DNA of 64,000 nucleotides from an uncultured delta proteobacterium (GTDB lineage: Bacteria; Desulfobacterota; Binatia; Binatales; Binataceae): assembly GCA_963813785.1 (NCBI GenBank), contig CAWFAJ010000002.1, positions 137,815 to 201,814 on the forward strand, given 5' to 3'. The translations under genes and the position numbers were made by a program. Positions 9,912 to 20,460 of the stretch are shown piece by piece (positions within the stretch are counted from its first letter, which is position 1; each line of letters begins with the position of its first letter). The notes beneath the pieces are model-generated. The model saw only the letters and a program-made list of their open reading frames with translations. It had not been told where the DNA came from and ran no database searches.

Positions 9912-10328
9912 GTGGATACTTCATTACTCGTGCGAACTGCGATCATCATAGGACTGACGATTGCCGCCGCGGGATGCGCTCACATCATTTCGCTGCCTCC
10001 GCAGGTGACGCTTTCGGAAGTGGAGCCGTCGGGCCGCGCCGCCAAGCCGCCCGATTGCAACATGCCGGTTTTGCGCCATGAGCCGCTGACGGATTTTCGC
10101 AAGGTCGCAATCGTGGAGGGACTGGGAAACGTTTTTGCGAGCGAAGCCGACGTGCTGCCCGCGGTGCAGCGCAAGGCCTGTGAAACAGGCGCGGATGCGA
10201 TCGTCATACTCACCAGCAGAGCGCAGACCAGCGAAGCCACCACCGGCTACTACATCAATTCGGTCGCGATCGTGTACGGCAAAGAAAATCCCGCCGCGGC
10301 CGGCACCGCGTATAAGATTCCTCGGTGA
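9912..10328 (+). CDS. Small lipoprotein (lipobox LTIAAAGC), function unknown.
   Basis: Signal peptide plus Cys lipobox. 138 aa. Confidence 0.5.
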   Translation: MDTSLLVRTAIIIGLTIAAAGCAHIISLPPQVTLSEVEPSGRAAKPPDCNMPVLRHEPLTDFRKVAIVEGLGNVFASEADVLPAVQRKACETGADAIVILTSRAQTSEATTGYYINSVAIVYGKENPAAAGTAYKIPR

Positions 10329-10358
10329 GAGTACCGATGGGCATCTATTGCCTTCGCG

Positions 10359-11258
10359 TTGCCGCCGATTTCAGCGCATGATAAGTGCCTGATTGCGGTG
10401 GTGAAGCGAACCATAAAGACGGTCGGCCTGGTCGTCAAGCACGAGCGGCCCGACGCGATCACCATCGCGCGAACCCTCACCCGCCTTTTACGCAGCAAGC
10501 ACAAGACTCCGCTGACGGAAACTGAGATGGCGGAAAAGATCGGCGCCGAGCCCGTTGAAAGACATCAACTCGCCGATCGTGCCGATCTGATCGTCGTGCT
10601 TGGCGGCGACGGCACGCTGCTGGGCGTCGCGCGCCTGGTCGCATCGAAGGGGATTCCGATCCTGGGCGTAAATCTTGGCGGACTTGGCTTCCTGACCGAA
10701 GTGGCTATCAAGGAGGCGCCAGCCACCCTGGGACGGATACTCGACGGCGACTACGAAATCGATCGACGGATCATGCTCGAGGCAATCATCGAACGCGCAT
10801 CCGAGCAGTTCACCCAGCCGTTTCTGGCACTTAACGACGTGGTCGTCGGCAAAGGCCCGCTCGGCGGGATGCTTCGGCTCGACGTATTCGCCAATCACCG
10901 AGCCTTCTGCACGTATCGCGCCGACGGATTGATCATCGCAACTCCCACGGGCTCGACCGCATACGCGCTCTCTGCCGGCGGGCCGATCGTTTTCCCCACG
11001 CTGGACGCGATCGTGATCGCGCCAATCTGCCCGCATACTCTGAGCAACCGTCCGGTGGTGCTGCCGGATTCGTACGAGATCGAGATTCACGTGAAGGCGC
11101 CGGATCACGACGCGGCTTTCACCGTTGACGGCCAGGAGTCGGCGCAACTGGGGCCCACCGACGTAATCAGGATCCATCGCGCACGCCACGTCGTTTCACT
11201 AGTCCGCTCCGCTCATCCGAATTTTGAAATCTGGCGTGACAAGCTCCACTGGGGATAG
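10359..11258 (+). CDS. nadK: NAD+ kinase.
   Basis: GGDGTLLG and NDVVV motifs. The true start may be GTG near 10398-10401. Confidence 0.85.
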   Translation: MPPISAHDKCLIAVVKRTIKTVGLVVKHERPDAITIARTLTRLLRSKHKTPLTETEMAEKIGAEPVERHQLADRADLIVVLGGDGTLLGVARLVASKGIPILGVNLGGLGFLTEVAIKEAPATLGRILDGDYEIDRRIMLEAIIERASEQFTQPFLALNDVVVGKGPLGGMLRLDVFANHRAFCTYRADGLIIATPTGSTAYALSAGGPIVFPTLDAIVIAPICPHTLSNRPVVLPDSYEIEIHVKAPDHDAAFTVDGQESAQLGPTDVIRIHRARHVVSLVRSAHPNFEIWRDKLHWG

Positions 11259-11273
11259 GCGCGCGCGTCCCAG

Positions 11274-12971
11274 ATGCTGCTCGAACTGCACATCCGCAAT
11301 TTCGCGATAATCGAGGAAGCTAATCTCGAGTTCGGCGCAGGCCTCAACGTGCTTTCCGGCGAGACGGGCGCCGGCAAAACCATCATCCTGAGCGCGCTCG
11401 GATTGCTGCTCGGCTCACGCGCGTCGCCCGATATGATTCGCACCGGCGAGAAAGAGGCAGTCGTCGAGGGACGTTTCGAGCTCGAGGGCGAGGCCGCGAT
11501 GCCTGAACCGGCCGGGCGCAAGCACGACGGCGAGCGCCGCGAGCTGATCGTGCGCAGAGTGATCGCTGACGGCGGTGGGCGCTCGCGCGTGACGATCGAC
11601 GGCGAACTCGCCACCGTGCAAAGCCTCGGCAAAATAGGCGCGTCGCTGGTTCAGGTTTATGGACAGCACGAGCAGCATTCGTTGCTCCGTGCCGAGAGCC
11701 ATCGCGAGACTCTCGATCGTTACGCGAACCTCGATGACGAACTCGCGTCCTATCGCGATCGCTACGCGCGCGCGCAAGACATCCAGTCCCGCCTTCACGA
11801 ACTAAACCGCCGCGAACATGAACGCGCGGATTTGCTGGAGCTCGCAAGGTTCCGCGTGAGCGAACTCGAGCGCGCCGGGCTGGCTGCCGGCGAAGATGAC
11901 GCGCTATCGCGCGAGCGAATCGTGCTCTCCAACGCAAGCAAGCTCGCCACCGCCGCGCTCGAGGCCGAGCAGGCGCTCTATGGCGCCGACGGCGCGGCGA
12001 CGGATACGGTTGCGCGAGCCGAGGCGCGATTGGTCGATGCGGCTGCGCTCGATCCGAAGCTTGGCGATGCGCTCGAGATGATCAAGTCGGCCCGCGCGAA
12101 CCTCGAAGAAGCGGCGCGCACGCTCGGAGCGTATGCGTCCAGGATCGAGGCGGATCCCGCGCGTCTGGAGGAAATCGACAACCGCCTTCAGGAACTGACG
12201 CGGCTCAAGCGCAAATACGGCGGGTCAATCGATAGCGCCATCGAGACGTTGGAGCGATCGCGGGCCGAGATTGGCGAGCTCGAAGGAATCGGCGAGTCGA
12301 AAGCTCAAGTCGAAGCCGCGATGGCGGCGGCGCTCGACGAACTCACCGAGCATGCAAATCGACTGTCCTCGATTCGCCAGCGCGCTGCCGCCGAGCTCGG
12401 CCGCAAGATGGAAGCCGAATTGAGGACGCTCGGGATGCGCTCGCCGGGTTTCGAGGCGCGGCTCGGCGCGCTCGTCCCGGACGAAGCCGGCTTCGTGCAT
12501 GCCGGCGTTGCACTCGGTCCGTTCGGCGTCGATACGATCGAGTTTCATCTGTCGCCGAATGTCGGCCAGCCTGCGATGCCGCTGCTAAGAATCGCCTCGG
12601 GCGGCGAGCTTTCGCGCGTGATGCTCGCGCTCAAGCGCCTCGAGGCGCAGCGCCGCGGAGTTGCCACGATGATTTTCGACGAAGTGGACGCGGGAATCGG
12701 CGGCGCAGTTGCCCAGGTGGTTGGCCGCAAACTGAAACAACTCTCGCACTTTCATCAGATTTTGTGTGTCACGCACCTGGCGCAGATCGCGGCCTTCGCG
12801 GACCGTCATCTCACCGTCGAGAAAGAAGAGCGGCGCGGCTCGACTCGCAGCCGTGTGGCGGTTCTGGAACCCGGCGATCGCACCGAGGAGATCGCTCGCA
12901 TGCTCGGCGGCGAAGTATCCGACAAATTCCGCCGCGCTGCCCGCGAACTGCTCGATCGCGCCCGGGAATGA
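11274..12971 (+). CDS. recN: DNA repair protein RecN (SMC-like ATPase).
   Basis: 565 aa with an N-terminal Walker A (GETGAGKT), coiled-coil middle and C-terminal signature. Conserved nadK-recN pair. Confidence 0.9.
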   Translation: MLLELHIRNFAIIEEANLEFGAGLNVLSGETGAGKTIILSALGLLLGSRASPDMIRTGEKEAVVEGRFELEGEAAMPEPAGRKHDGERRELIVRRVIADGGGRSRVTIDGELATVQSLGKIGASLVQVYGQHEQHSLLRAESHRETLDRYANLDDELASYRDRYARAQDIQSRLHELNRREHERADLLELARFRVSELERAGLAAGEDDALSRERIVLSNASKLATAALEAEQALYGADGAATDTVARAEARLVDAAALDPKLGDALEMIKSARANLEEAARTLGAYASRIEADPARLEEIDNRLQELTRLKRKYGGSIDSAIETLERSRAEIGELEGIGESKAQVEAAMAAALDELTEHANRLSSIRQRAAAELGRKMEAELRTLGMRSPGFEARLGALVPDEAGFVHAGVALGPFGVDTIEFHLSPNVGQPAMPLLRIASGGELSRVMLALKRLEAQRRGVATMIFDEVDAGIGGAVAQVVGRKLKQLSHFHQILCVTHLAQIAAFADRHLTVEKEERRGSTRSRVAVLEPGDRTEEIARMLGGEVSDKFRRAARELLDRARE

Positions 12972-13057
12972 CGCGCGCTTGACGCCAATGACAAGCGCGG
13001 ACCCGGTCAGTTGACTCTTCGGACGGTATCCGGTTAGCTGGAAAATCTCGCCCGCGG

Positions 13058-13135
13058 TGGGGCTGTAGCTCAGTTTGGGAGAGCGCCTGAATGGCATTCA
13101 GGAGGTCGCGCGTTCGATCCGCGTCAGCTCCACCA
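13058..13135 (+). tRNA. tRNA-Ala (anticodon GGC) with encoded CCA.
   Basis: Cloverleaf read by hand: acceptor GGGGCTG/CAGCTCC with the G3:U70 Ala identity pair, anticodon loop ATGGCAT and T-loop TTCGATC. Ends are +/-1 nt. Confidence 0.85.
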
Positions 13136-13259
13136 GTCAAATCAAGCATTTTTCGATTCCCAGACATCGGCGAATGTCCGTGCGGCGGCGGTCAGGGCGG
13201 ACTCCACCACCTTTCAAGAAAAATCAGCGCAGACAAATCGCGCCGGAGAGATCCCAGCC

Positions 13260-14582
<1,323 letters not shown>

Positions 14583-14596
14583 TTACGACGCGGTTC

Positions 14597-14625
14597 TTGA
14601 CTCACCGGTCTCGTCGATACATTGA
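14597..14625 (+). promoter_or_regulatory. Candidate sigma70-type promoter (-35 TTGACT at 14597-14602, -10 TACATT at 14618-14623) that would put the TSS at the riboswitch 5' end.
   Basis: Hexamer match by eye. Spacer about 15 nt, so weak. Confidence 0.3.
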
Positions 14626-14630
14626 TGTTA

Positions 14631-14696
14631 GGCGCAATCGGTGATGGGGTTCCACCGCCAACCGCTCCCGCTTGAGTGAGCTGATGACCCCTACTG
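14631..14696 (+). ncRNA. Fluoride riboswitch (crcB RNA motif).
   Basis: GGUGAUGGGGUUCCACCGCCAACCGC ... GCUGAUGACCCCUAC matches the crcB-motif consensus: GGNGAUGGNGUUCNCC, a linker with AACCGC, and UGAUGRNNCCUAC with pseudoknot CCCC/GGGG. It sits in the 5' leader of a crcB operon. Confidence 0.75.
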
Positions 14697-14722
14697 GTGT
14701 TGAACACGGTAGGGGTTTTTTT
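14688..14722 (+). terminator. Intrinsic terminator and expression platform of the riboswitch (stem CCCCTAC...GTAGGGG followed by T7).
   Basis: GC-rich hairpin then TTTTTTT at 14716-14722. Its 5' arm is the same CCCCUAC that forms the aptamer pseudoknot. Confidence 0.65.
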
Positions 14723-14849
14723 AAAGGGCTCTACCGAAAGGTACAGGGTCCTTTTTTGATCGCCAGCAACTTGCAATCTGATACGCTTTCGGAAGAACGG
14801 TTTGCAAGGGCGCGCCTGCGCTTTCACGACGCCAGGAGGGCAGCGATCG

Positions 14850-16154
14850 ATGTTCACCGGAAGGGCTAAGCAGGTCACCATCTTTTTCGGCGAAACGGAT
14901 CAATACCATCACCAGGCGCTGTACATGGCGATCGTCGAGATGCTTCGGCGCGAGGGGTGCAGCGGCGCCACGGCGATGCGCGGAGTGGCGGGGTTTGGGG
15001 CCTCATCGCTGATTCACACGGCGACGATCCTTCGGCTGTCCTTCGATCAGCCAATCGTGATCACCGTTGTAGATCGCGCCGAGCGGATCGATCGCGTTCT
15101 TGGCCGGCTGCGGGAAATGGCTCCGAACGCCCTCATCACGGTTCAAGAGGTGGAAGTCGTTCAATCGGGAGTTCCCTTCAAGGAAGGTTTGCCCGACGTG
15201 AAGGTCGGAGAGGTGATGCGCCGCGAAGTCGCCACAGTGCATCCCGACAGCCCCATCACCCAAGTCGTAGAGCTGCTCCTGGACAAGGATTTTACCGCCG
15301 TCCCGGTGGTCGACAATGACGGAAAAGTGGTGGGCATGGTCAGCGACAACGACCTCCTGACGCGCGGCGGGATGAACGTCACGATCAGTCTGAAAAAGGC
15401 CACCGATCTGGATTACGTGCGCGAGCTTCACGAATCTCTGGAGAACGCGAACCGCAAAGTGTCGGAAGTGATGACGCGAGAGGTGGTGACGACTGCTCCC
15501 GACGCCCTTCTCGGACGAGCTGCCAAGCTCATGGTCGAAAAACATCTCAAGCGCCTACCGGTCGTGGATAGCGATGGAAAGTTGGTGGGCATCCTGGGCC
15601 GGCTGGATGTTTTGAACACGATCGCGGCGGTCCATCTGTCCGAGTGGCACCCCGAGGCCCGCAGCGCCGGCCCGGATGCGACGGTCGGCGACGTGATGAC
15701 ACGCGACGCTCCGAGCGTGCACGAATCGGCAACCATCGAGGAAGTTTTCGAGCGGCTGGTCTCGTCAGCCCACAAGCGGGTTGTGGTTATAGATGACCAG
15801 CGGCACGTCGTAGGGATTATCGCTGACTCCGATCTGATTTCGAAAGTAAGCCGCGAGAGTTGGCCGGGCGTGATGGAACTGCTGGTCTCCAAGGTCCCAA
15901 TTGCGAGAATCAGCGGACCCGCCCGCAAACTCATTCAAAGGCTCCATGCGCGGTTTGCCAGCGAACTGATGACGCGGGACGTGATCACTGTCCGCGAGAA
16001 AATGCCGGTTGTCAGCGCGCTTGCACTATCCGCGGAAAAGCGCGTCAAGCGCCTGCCCGTGGTGAACGCTGATGGCGAGCTGGTTGGAATCGTGGGGCGA
16101 ACCGAAATGATGCGGGCGCTGCTCGCTCGAAGCGAACAGGGAAAGGGCCTGTAG
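14850..16154 (+). CDS. Fusion protein: N-terminal DUF190 (PII-like, CrcB-associated) domain plus four CBS domains.
   Basis: MFTGRAKQVTIFFGETDQYHHQALYMAIVEMLRREGCSGATAMRGVAGFG... matches DUF190. CBS-pair repeats follow (VMTRDVITV, LPVVDSDGKLVGI etc.). AGGAGGG RBS 10 nt upstream of ATG 14850. Confidence 0.8.
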   Translation: MFTGRAKQVTIFFGETDQYHHQALYMAIVEMLRREGCSGATAMRGVAGFGASSLIHTATILRLSFDQPIVITVVDRAERIDRVLGRLREMAPNALITVQEVEVVQSGVPFKEGLPDVKVGEVMRREVATVHPDSPITQVVELLLDKDFTAVPVVDNDGKVVGMVSDNDLLTRGGMNVTISLKKATDLDYVRELHESLENANRKVSEVMTREVVTTAPDALLGRAAKLMVEKHLKRLPVVDSDGKLVGILGRLDVLNTIAAVHLSEWHPEARSAGPDATVGDVMTRDAPSVHESATIEEVFERLVSSAHKRVVVIDDQRHVVGIIADSDLISKVSRESWPGVMELLVSKVPIARISGPARKLIQRLHARFASELMTRDVITVREKMPVVSALALSAEKRVKRLPVVNADGELVGIVGRTEMMRALLARSEQGKGL

Positions 16155-16155
16155 G

Positions 16156-16530
16156 GTGTTGGCGCTGCTTCTGGTTGCGGTGGGCGGCGGCATCGGATCG
16201 GTGGCGCGGTATTTGGTCGGTGGCTGGTTTGCCGACCGCTTTGGTCCCGCGTTTCCGTACGGGACATTCGTGATCAATGTCACGGGAAGCTTCATCATAG
16301 GGTTTTTCCTGGCGTTCGCTCAGGAGCGGATATCACTCAGCCCCTACTGGCGCCTGTTTTTCGCCGTGGGCTTTGTCGGTGGCTACACCACATTTTCGAC
16401 TTTTGAGTACGAATCGGTTCGCTTGCTTCAAGACGGAGAGATGCTGCTGGGCGCGCTATATCTTCTCGGCAGTGTGCTCACCGGAGGTCTCGCTGCAATC
16501 GGGGGAATCGTATTGGGAAGCTGGGTATGA
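16156..16530 (+). CDS. crcB: Fluoride ion channel CrcB/Fluc.
   Basis: 124-aa four-TM protein with the GTFVINVTGSF and GGYTTFSTF motifs. GTG start 2 nt after the upstream stop. Confidence 0.9.
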   Translation: MLALLLVAVGGGIGSVARYLVGGWFADRFGPAFPYGTFVINVTGSFIIGFFLAFAQERISLSPYWRLFFAVGFVGGYTTFSTFEYESVRLLQDGEMLLGALYLLGSVLTGGLAAIGGIVLGSWV

Positions 16531-16692
16531 CCCAGCCCCGTCGCGGTTGACTGTAAAGGACAGCCCGTCGGAGTCAGCTAAGACTGGTGATAGGGTTTAC
16601 CGCCGTCCTTTCCTAAGCATGGCTGACGACCCCTACCGAGGCCGCAAGGCCGGTTGGGAGTTTTCGTTCAGTCGAACAATTTGCGCATCCCG

Positions 16693-18222
16693 TCATCCGC
16701 CGCTGGGAATGGGAGATGCGCGGACCGCGCGCTCGAACGCCCAGCTACGAATGTGATTGATCTGTTCCTTCATGGTGCGCGCCAGCGGAACCACCTCACC
16801 GGCGGCCATGAAGAGGTCCTGCTCGGTAACCTCATGCTCCTTCAGCCGCGCCTTGGTCAGCGCCGATACGACCGACTGCTCGACCTCGGCGCCGGTCCAG
16901 CCCTTCATAAAAGCCCCCAATCGTTCCAGATCAAACTTGGTGGTATCAATTCCCCGGCGGCCGAGATGAATCTTCAAGATTTCGATCCGTTCGGCAACCA
17001 GCGGCAGGTCAACGAAGAAGACCTCGTCGAAACGTCCTTTGCGAATCATCTCGGCGGGGAGCAGGTCGATTCGGTTTGCGGTGGCGGCGACAAAGAGCCC
17101 GCGCGCCTTCTCCTGCATCCAGGTCAGAAAGAAGGCGAAGATCCTGCCCTGCTCGCCCCCGGGTTCCCCCGAGGTAATTCCCATCTCAATCTCGTCGAAC
17201 CAAACCACCGCGGGCGCCATATCCTCGAGCGTCTTGCAGGCCTGGACGAATGCTCCCTCGGGCTCCCCATGCCTGCCGGAGAAAACCTCGATCATGTCGA
17301 TTCGATAGAGCGGAAGCTCGAAGTGCGAGGCGATGGCTTTGACGCAGAGGCTCTTGCCGCAGCCCGGGATGCCCATGACGAGAACGCCCTTGGGTACTAT
17401 GTCAGTGCTCAGGCTCTCGCGGAGTTGAAACAGTTTGCGACGCTCCAGCAGCCACTGCTTGAGCTTCTCCAGGCCGCCGACCTCGCCGATGCTCGTGCTG
17501 TCGGCAACAAACTCGATGACGCCGCCGCGGTTGACCAGCAGCCGCTTTTCCTCGAGCAGCGCCGGTAACGACTCGGGGCCGAGGGTTCGACTCGCCGCCA
17601 GAGCACGGCGCACCGCGTGGCGCGCCTCCTGAAGCGTGACTCCCTGCAGGGCGCGTGCGAGCTGGTGCAGGGTTTCCTCGCTCACCTCGGTGCTCACGCC
17701 GGGCGCCGAGAGTTGCTGAGCCTCGCTGCGCATAAGCTCGACCAGTTCGATCAGATCGGGCGGCCGCAACTCGATATATACAAGGTCCCGCTCGATTTCC
17801 TCAGGAACGAATCGCACCGGCGAACTGATGACTACGAACTTCCGTTGATCGAGACAGTCTTCGTACAGGTCTCGAAGACGGCGCCTGACCTCGGGAGATT
17901 CGCGCAGCGGCTCGTGAAAGTCCTTGAGATGGAAGATGGCGGCGTCCTTGTGGGCGGCGATGAAGTCCAGAGCTTCGCGAGGATCGAGAGTGCCGGCCTG
18001 GGCCACTCCGTCGTCGCGAAGCATTCCTTGCGTGAGGCTCCAGGTCCAAACCGGCACCGGTGTGGACGCGTGCAGCGCCCGGCCGACCTCGCGCAGCACC
18101 CTTCCGATTCGCTGCTCTTCGGCGGAGCGGATATAGGTCAGCGGCCGTCCCGACTGGAAGATCTCACGCAGCATCTTTGCCGCGCGGCTCTCGACAGACT
18201 GAGGTTTTGTAGAATCGTCCAT
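16693..18222 (-). CDS. AAA+ ATPase, Ycf46/SpoVK-like (N-terminal domain plus a single C-terminal AAA module).
   Basis: Walker A GIPGCGKS, Walker B VVWFDEIE, and an arginine finger region. The N-terminus (GRPLTYIRSAEEQR) resembles Ycf46-type proteins. Confidence 0.7.
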   Translation of the reverse strand: MDDSTKPQSVESRAAKMLREIFQSGRPLTYIRSAEEQRIGRVLREVGRALHASTPVPVWTWSLTQGMLRDDGVAQAGTLDPREALDFIAAHKDAAIFHLKDFHEPLRESPEVRRRLRDLYEDCLDQRKFVVISSPVRFVPEEIERDLVYIELRPPDLIELVELMRSEAQQLSAPGVSTEVSEETLHQLARALQGVTLQEARHAVRRALAASRTLGPESLPALLEEKRLLVNRGGVIEFVADSTSIGEVGGLEKLKQWLLERRKLFQLRESLSTDIVPKGVLVMGIPGCGKSLCVKAIASHFELPLYRIDMIEVFSGRHGEPEGAFVQACKTLEDMAPAVVWFDEIEMGITSGEPGGEQGRIFAFFLTWMQEKARGLFVAATANRIDLLPAEMIRKGRFDEVFFVDLPLVAERIEILKIHLGRRGIDTTKFDLERLGAFMKGWTGAEVEQSVVSALTKARLKEHEVTEQDLFMAAGEVVPLARTMKEQINHIRSWAFERAVRASPIPSGG

Positions 18223-18390
18223 AGAAAAATCGCGGGAGTTGCGAGCCTGCGCTCGACTCCTTCGGCAACCCTCGGATGCGTCGGTTCAAATCATAGCGGT
18301 CGCGAGTCTGGCGGTCACGCGCCGGTATCGAGAAGAACAGGCGCGCGTTAACTTGGCCGGCAGCCCCGCGATTTGTGAGTTATCGAAGCC

Positions 18391-19191
18391 TCAATCCGCC
18401 GGCGGGACCCGCAGCGTTAGCACGTGAGGTCCGCGGAAATAGCGGTCAAACTCCCCGCCGACGTAGTTCCAATTATCATTGGGATTGAACCACGCGTCCA
18501 TCGTTGGCATGAACGGCGCGAGCAACAGATTCAAGGCTCCGAGGTCGGGCCGCATATCGAGACGGACGAGATCGCCGGGGTATAGGGGCCAATGCTCCGA
18601 TCGATGCGGAAGCGACGCCTCGACGCTGAAGATCTCAGGTCCTGGGACGCATGCGAACGCATGGAATTTGACTTCACGGATCCCATGCCTGAGGCTCGCG
18701 ACCACCATCATCAGTTCGGACGCGCCGGCGAAAGAATCGGCTGGGACCTCGAGCTGCGACTTGCGCACTTTTATCTTGTCCGCAGTATAGCTCGCGCACG
18801 AGGCAAGGCCGGTTTTGGCGTTAAGCGTGTCGACCATATGAAGCGTGCCGTCGGCGTTGAAAAACGAGTGCTCGTAAGTGTCGAGCCTGGGTGTGGAGTC
18901 CGGACTTGCGGCGTATAGCCGTTCGCTTTCATTATCGCGTTCGCCGTCCAGGTACCTGGTCTCGCCCCTAACCTCTTCGGTTGAGTTGTCATGCAAGACC
19001 ATGAAACGCGTAGATCCGATCGTTTGCTTCCCGTCGGGACTCAAGACCTTCAACTCGAGCGCGCCGAAATCGAAGGCGCCGCTGGAATTCGGTCCGGATG
19101 CGACCGCGTTCACCCAGACCGCCGCGATGGCCGCTAGCGAGAACACCACCAGCAACGTCGTTCTCAAAATCCGGCTCCAGGGCAATAGCAC
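18391..19191 (-). CDS. Hypothetical secreted protein (signal peptide).
   Basis: N-terminal hydrophobic signal. No confident family. Confidence 0.45.
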   Translation of the reverse strand: MLLPWSRILRTTLLVVFSLAAIAAVWVNAVASGPNSSGAFDFGALELKVLSPDGKQTIGSTRFMVLHDNSTEEVRGETRYLDGERDNESERLYAASPDSTPRLDTYEHSFFNADGTLHMVDTLNAKTGLASCASYTADKIKVRKSQLEVPADSFAGASELMMVVASLRHGIREVKFHAFACVPGPEIFSVEASLPHRSEHWPLYPGDLVRLDMRPDLGALNLLLAPFMPTMDAWFNPNDNWNYVGGEFDRYFRGPHVLTLRVPPAD

Positions 19192-19200
19192 GGCTGCTGG

Positions 19201-20460
19201 TCAAGCGCTCCGGTGGACTTCCGGTGAGAATTGGGCCGCAGTCCAAGTGCGGCCGAATCCCGAGTTTGCGGCGCGACGGTGAGAAATCAGGGCCGCCAGA
19301 ATTTCGGGGACTTCAAACACCGCACGGTTGTCGAGGGCCTCTACGCTGGCGCGGAGGCGGAGGAACTGCTCGCGATCCAGCATCGTCGAAACCGCAAGCG
19401 CGATCTGCCGGAAGGAGGGCAGCACTATTCCGAGCCGATTTTGCGCGATCCAATCGGTGTTGAAGCGCTCCTGCACCATCGTCCACGCGTTGCGCTCCAC
19501 TATCACCGGGAGATCCATAACAAGTGCTTCGCTGATGCAACCCGGACCTGGCTTGCCGATGAAAAAATCAGCCAGCTGCATGAAGTACGGAATTTTTGGC
19601 GTGAAGCCTACACAATGAAAAGGATAAGACAGCTTCATGCTTTCGATACGCTCGCGCAGCTTGTCATTGTGACCGCATACGAAAATAAGCTGGGTCTTCA
19701 GTCGGGCGGCTTCGATTCTTCGCGCGATAGCTGCCATCTGGCTCGAGCCGTAGCTGCCAAATATCACGATGCCGGTCGGCAACTCGGGGTCGAGCCCCAG
19801 CCGGATTCGCTCGGCTTCGCGGCTTAGCTCCATCGGGCAATAGAACTCAGGACGCACGATCATTCCCGAGGTGCGAAACACGCGCGCGCGATCATGTCCC
19901 ATAGCTATCGCTTGCCTGGCTGCGGTAGCAGTGCCGCAAATCAGGTACTGCTTTTGTCGTTCGATCCAGAAATGCGGCGGACAGTCGGCCAGGTCGGTAA
20001 GAATCGTGACCATAGGAGTTTCCGATCGCGCCTGCATCGCATCGGCTTGTCGCAGGCCTTCCAAAATCGCGTGATTGAAATTGGGGATCATCGATACGAC
20101 AAGGTCGGGCTGCGAGCGCTGCCAATGGCGCGCCAGCAGCTTGATAATCGTCGGCTCGATTTGCCGAATCACCATCTGCATTATCCGCAGCAGCGGACCG
20201 GTGCCGATGGTGAGACCGTATTTGAGCTGCGAATTGTAGAAGTCTTCCACGCGAACTCCGGTGAGGCGTCGGATCACGTCGGCCGGTTCGAGCAGATCGC
20301 GTAGGTTGATTAGGTTGATTTGCCACGAACGATGCTGTTGCTCAACCGCCGATATCAGCGCTCTTGCCGAAGCGCGGTGTCCACCACCCGCGTCGAAGTA
20401 GATCAGGTCGAGTTGTGCATCCGGGTAATTCGTCGATTCGAGACAATAAGTTGTCACCAC
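19201..20460 (-). CDS. Glycosyltransferase family 28, MGDG-synthase-like (diacylglycerol glycosyltransferase).
   Basis: N-terminal FDAGGGHRASARAL motif (MGDG_synth) and a C-terminal GT-B domain. Confidence 0.75.
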   Translation of the reverse strand: MVTTYCLESTNYPDAQLDLIYFDAGGGHRASARALISAVEQQHRSWQINLINLRDLLEPADVIRRLTGVRVEDFYNSQLKYGLTIGTGPLLRIMQMVIRQIEPTIIKLLARHWQRSQPDLVVSMIPNFNHAILEGLRQADAMQARSETPMVTILTDLADCPPHFWIERQKQYLICGTATAARQAIAMGHDRARVFRTSGMIVRPEFYCPMELSREAERIRLGLDPELPTGIVIFGSYGSSQMAAIARRIEAARLKTQLIFVCGHNDKLRERIESMKLSYPFHCVGFTPKIPYFMQLADFFIGKPGPGCISEALVMDLPVIVERNAWTMVQERFNTDWIAQNRLGIVLPSFRQIALAVSTMLDREQFLRLRASVEALDNRAVFEVPEILAALISHRRAANSGFGRTWTAAQFSPEVHRSA

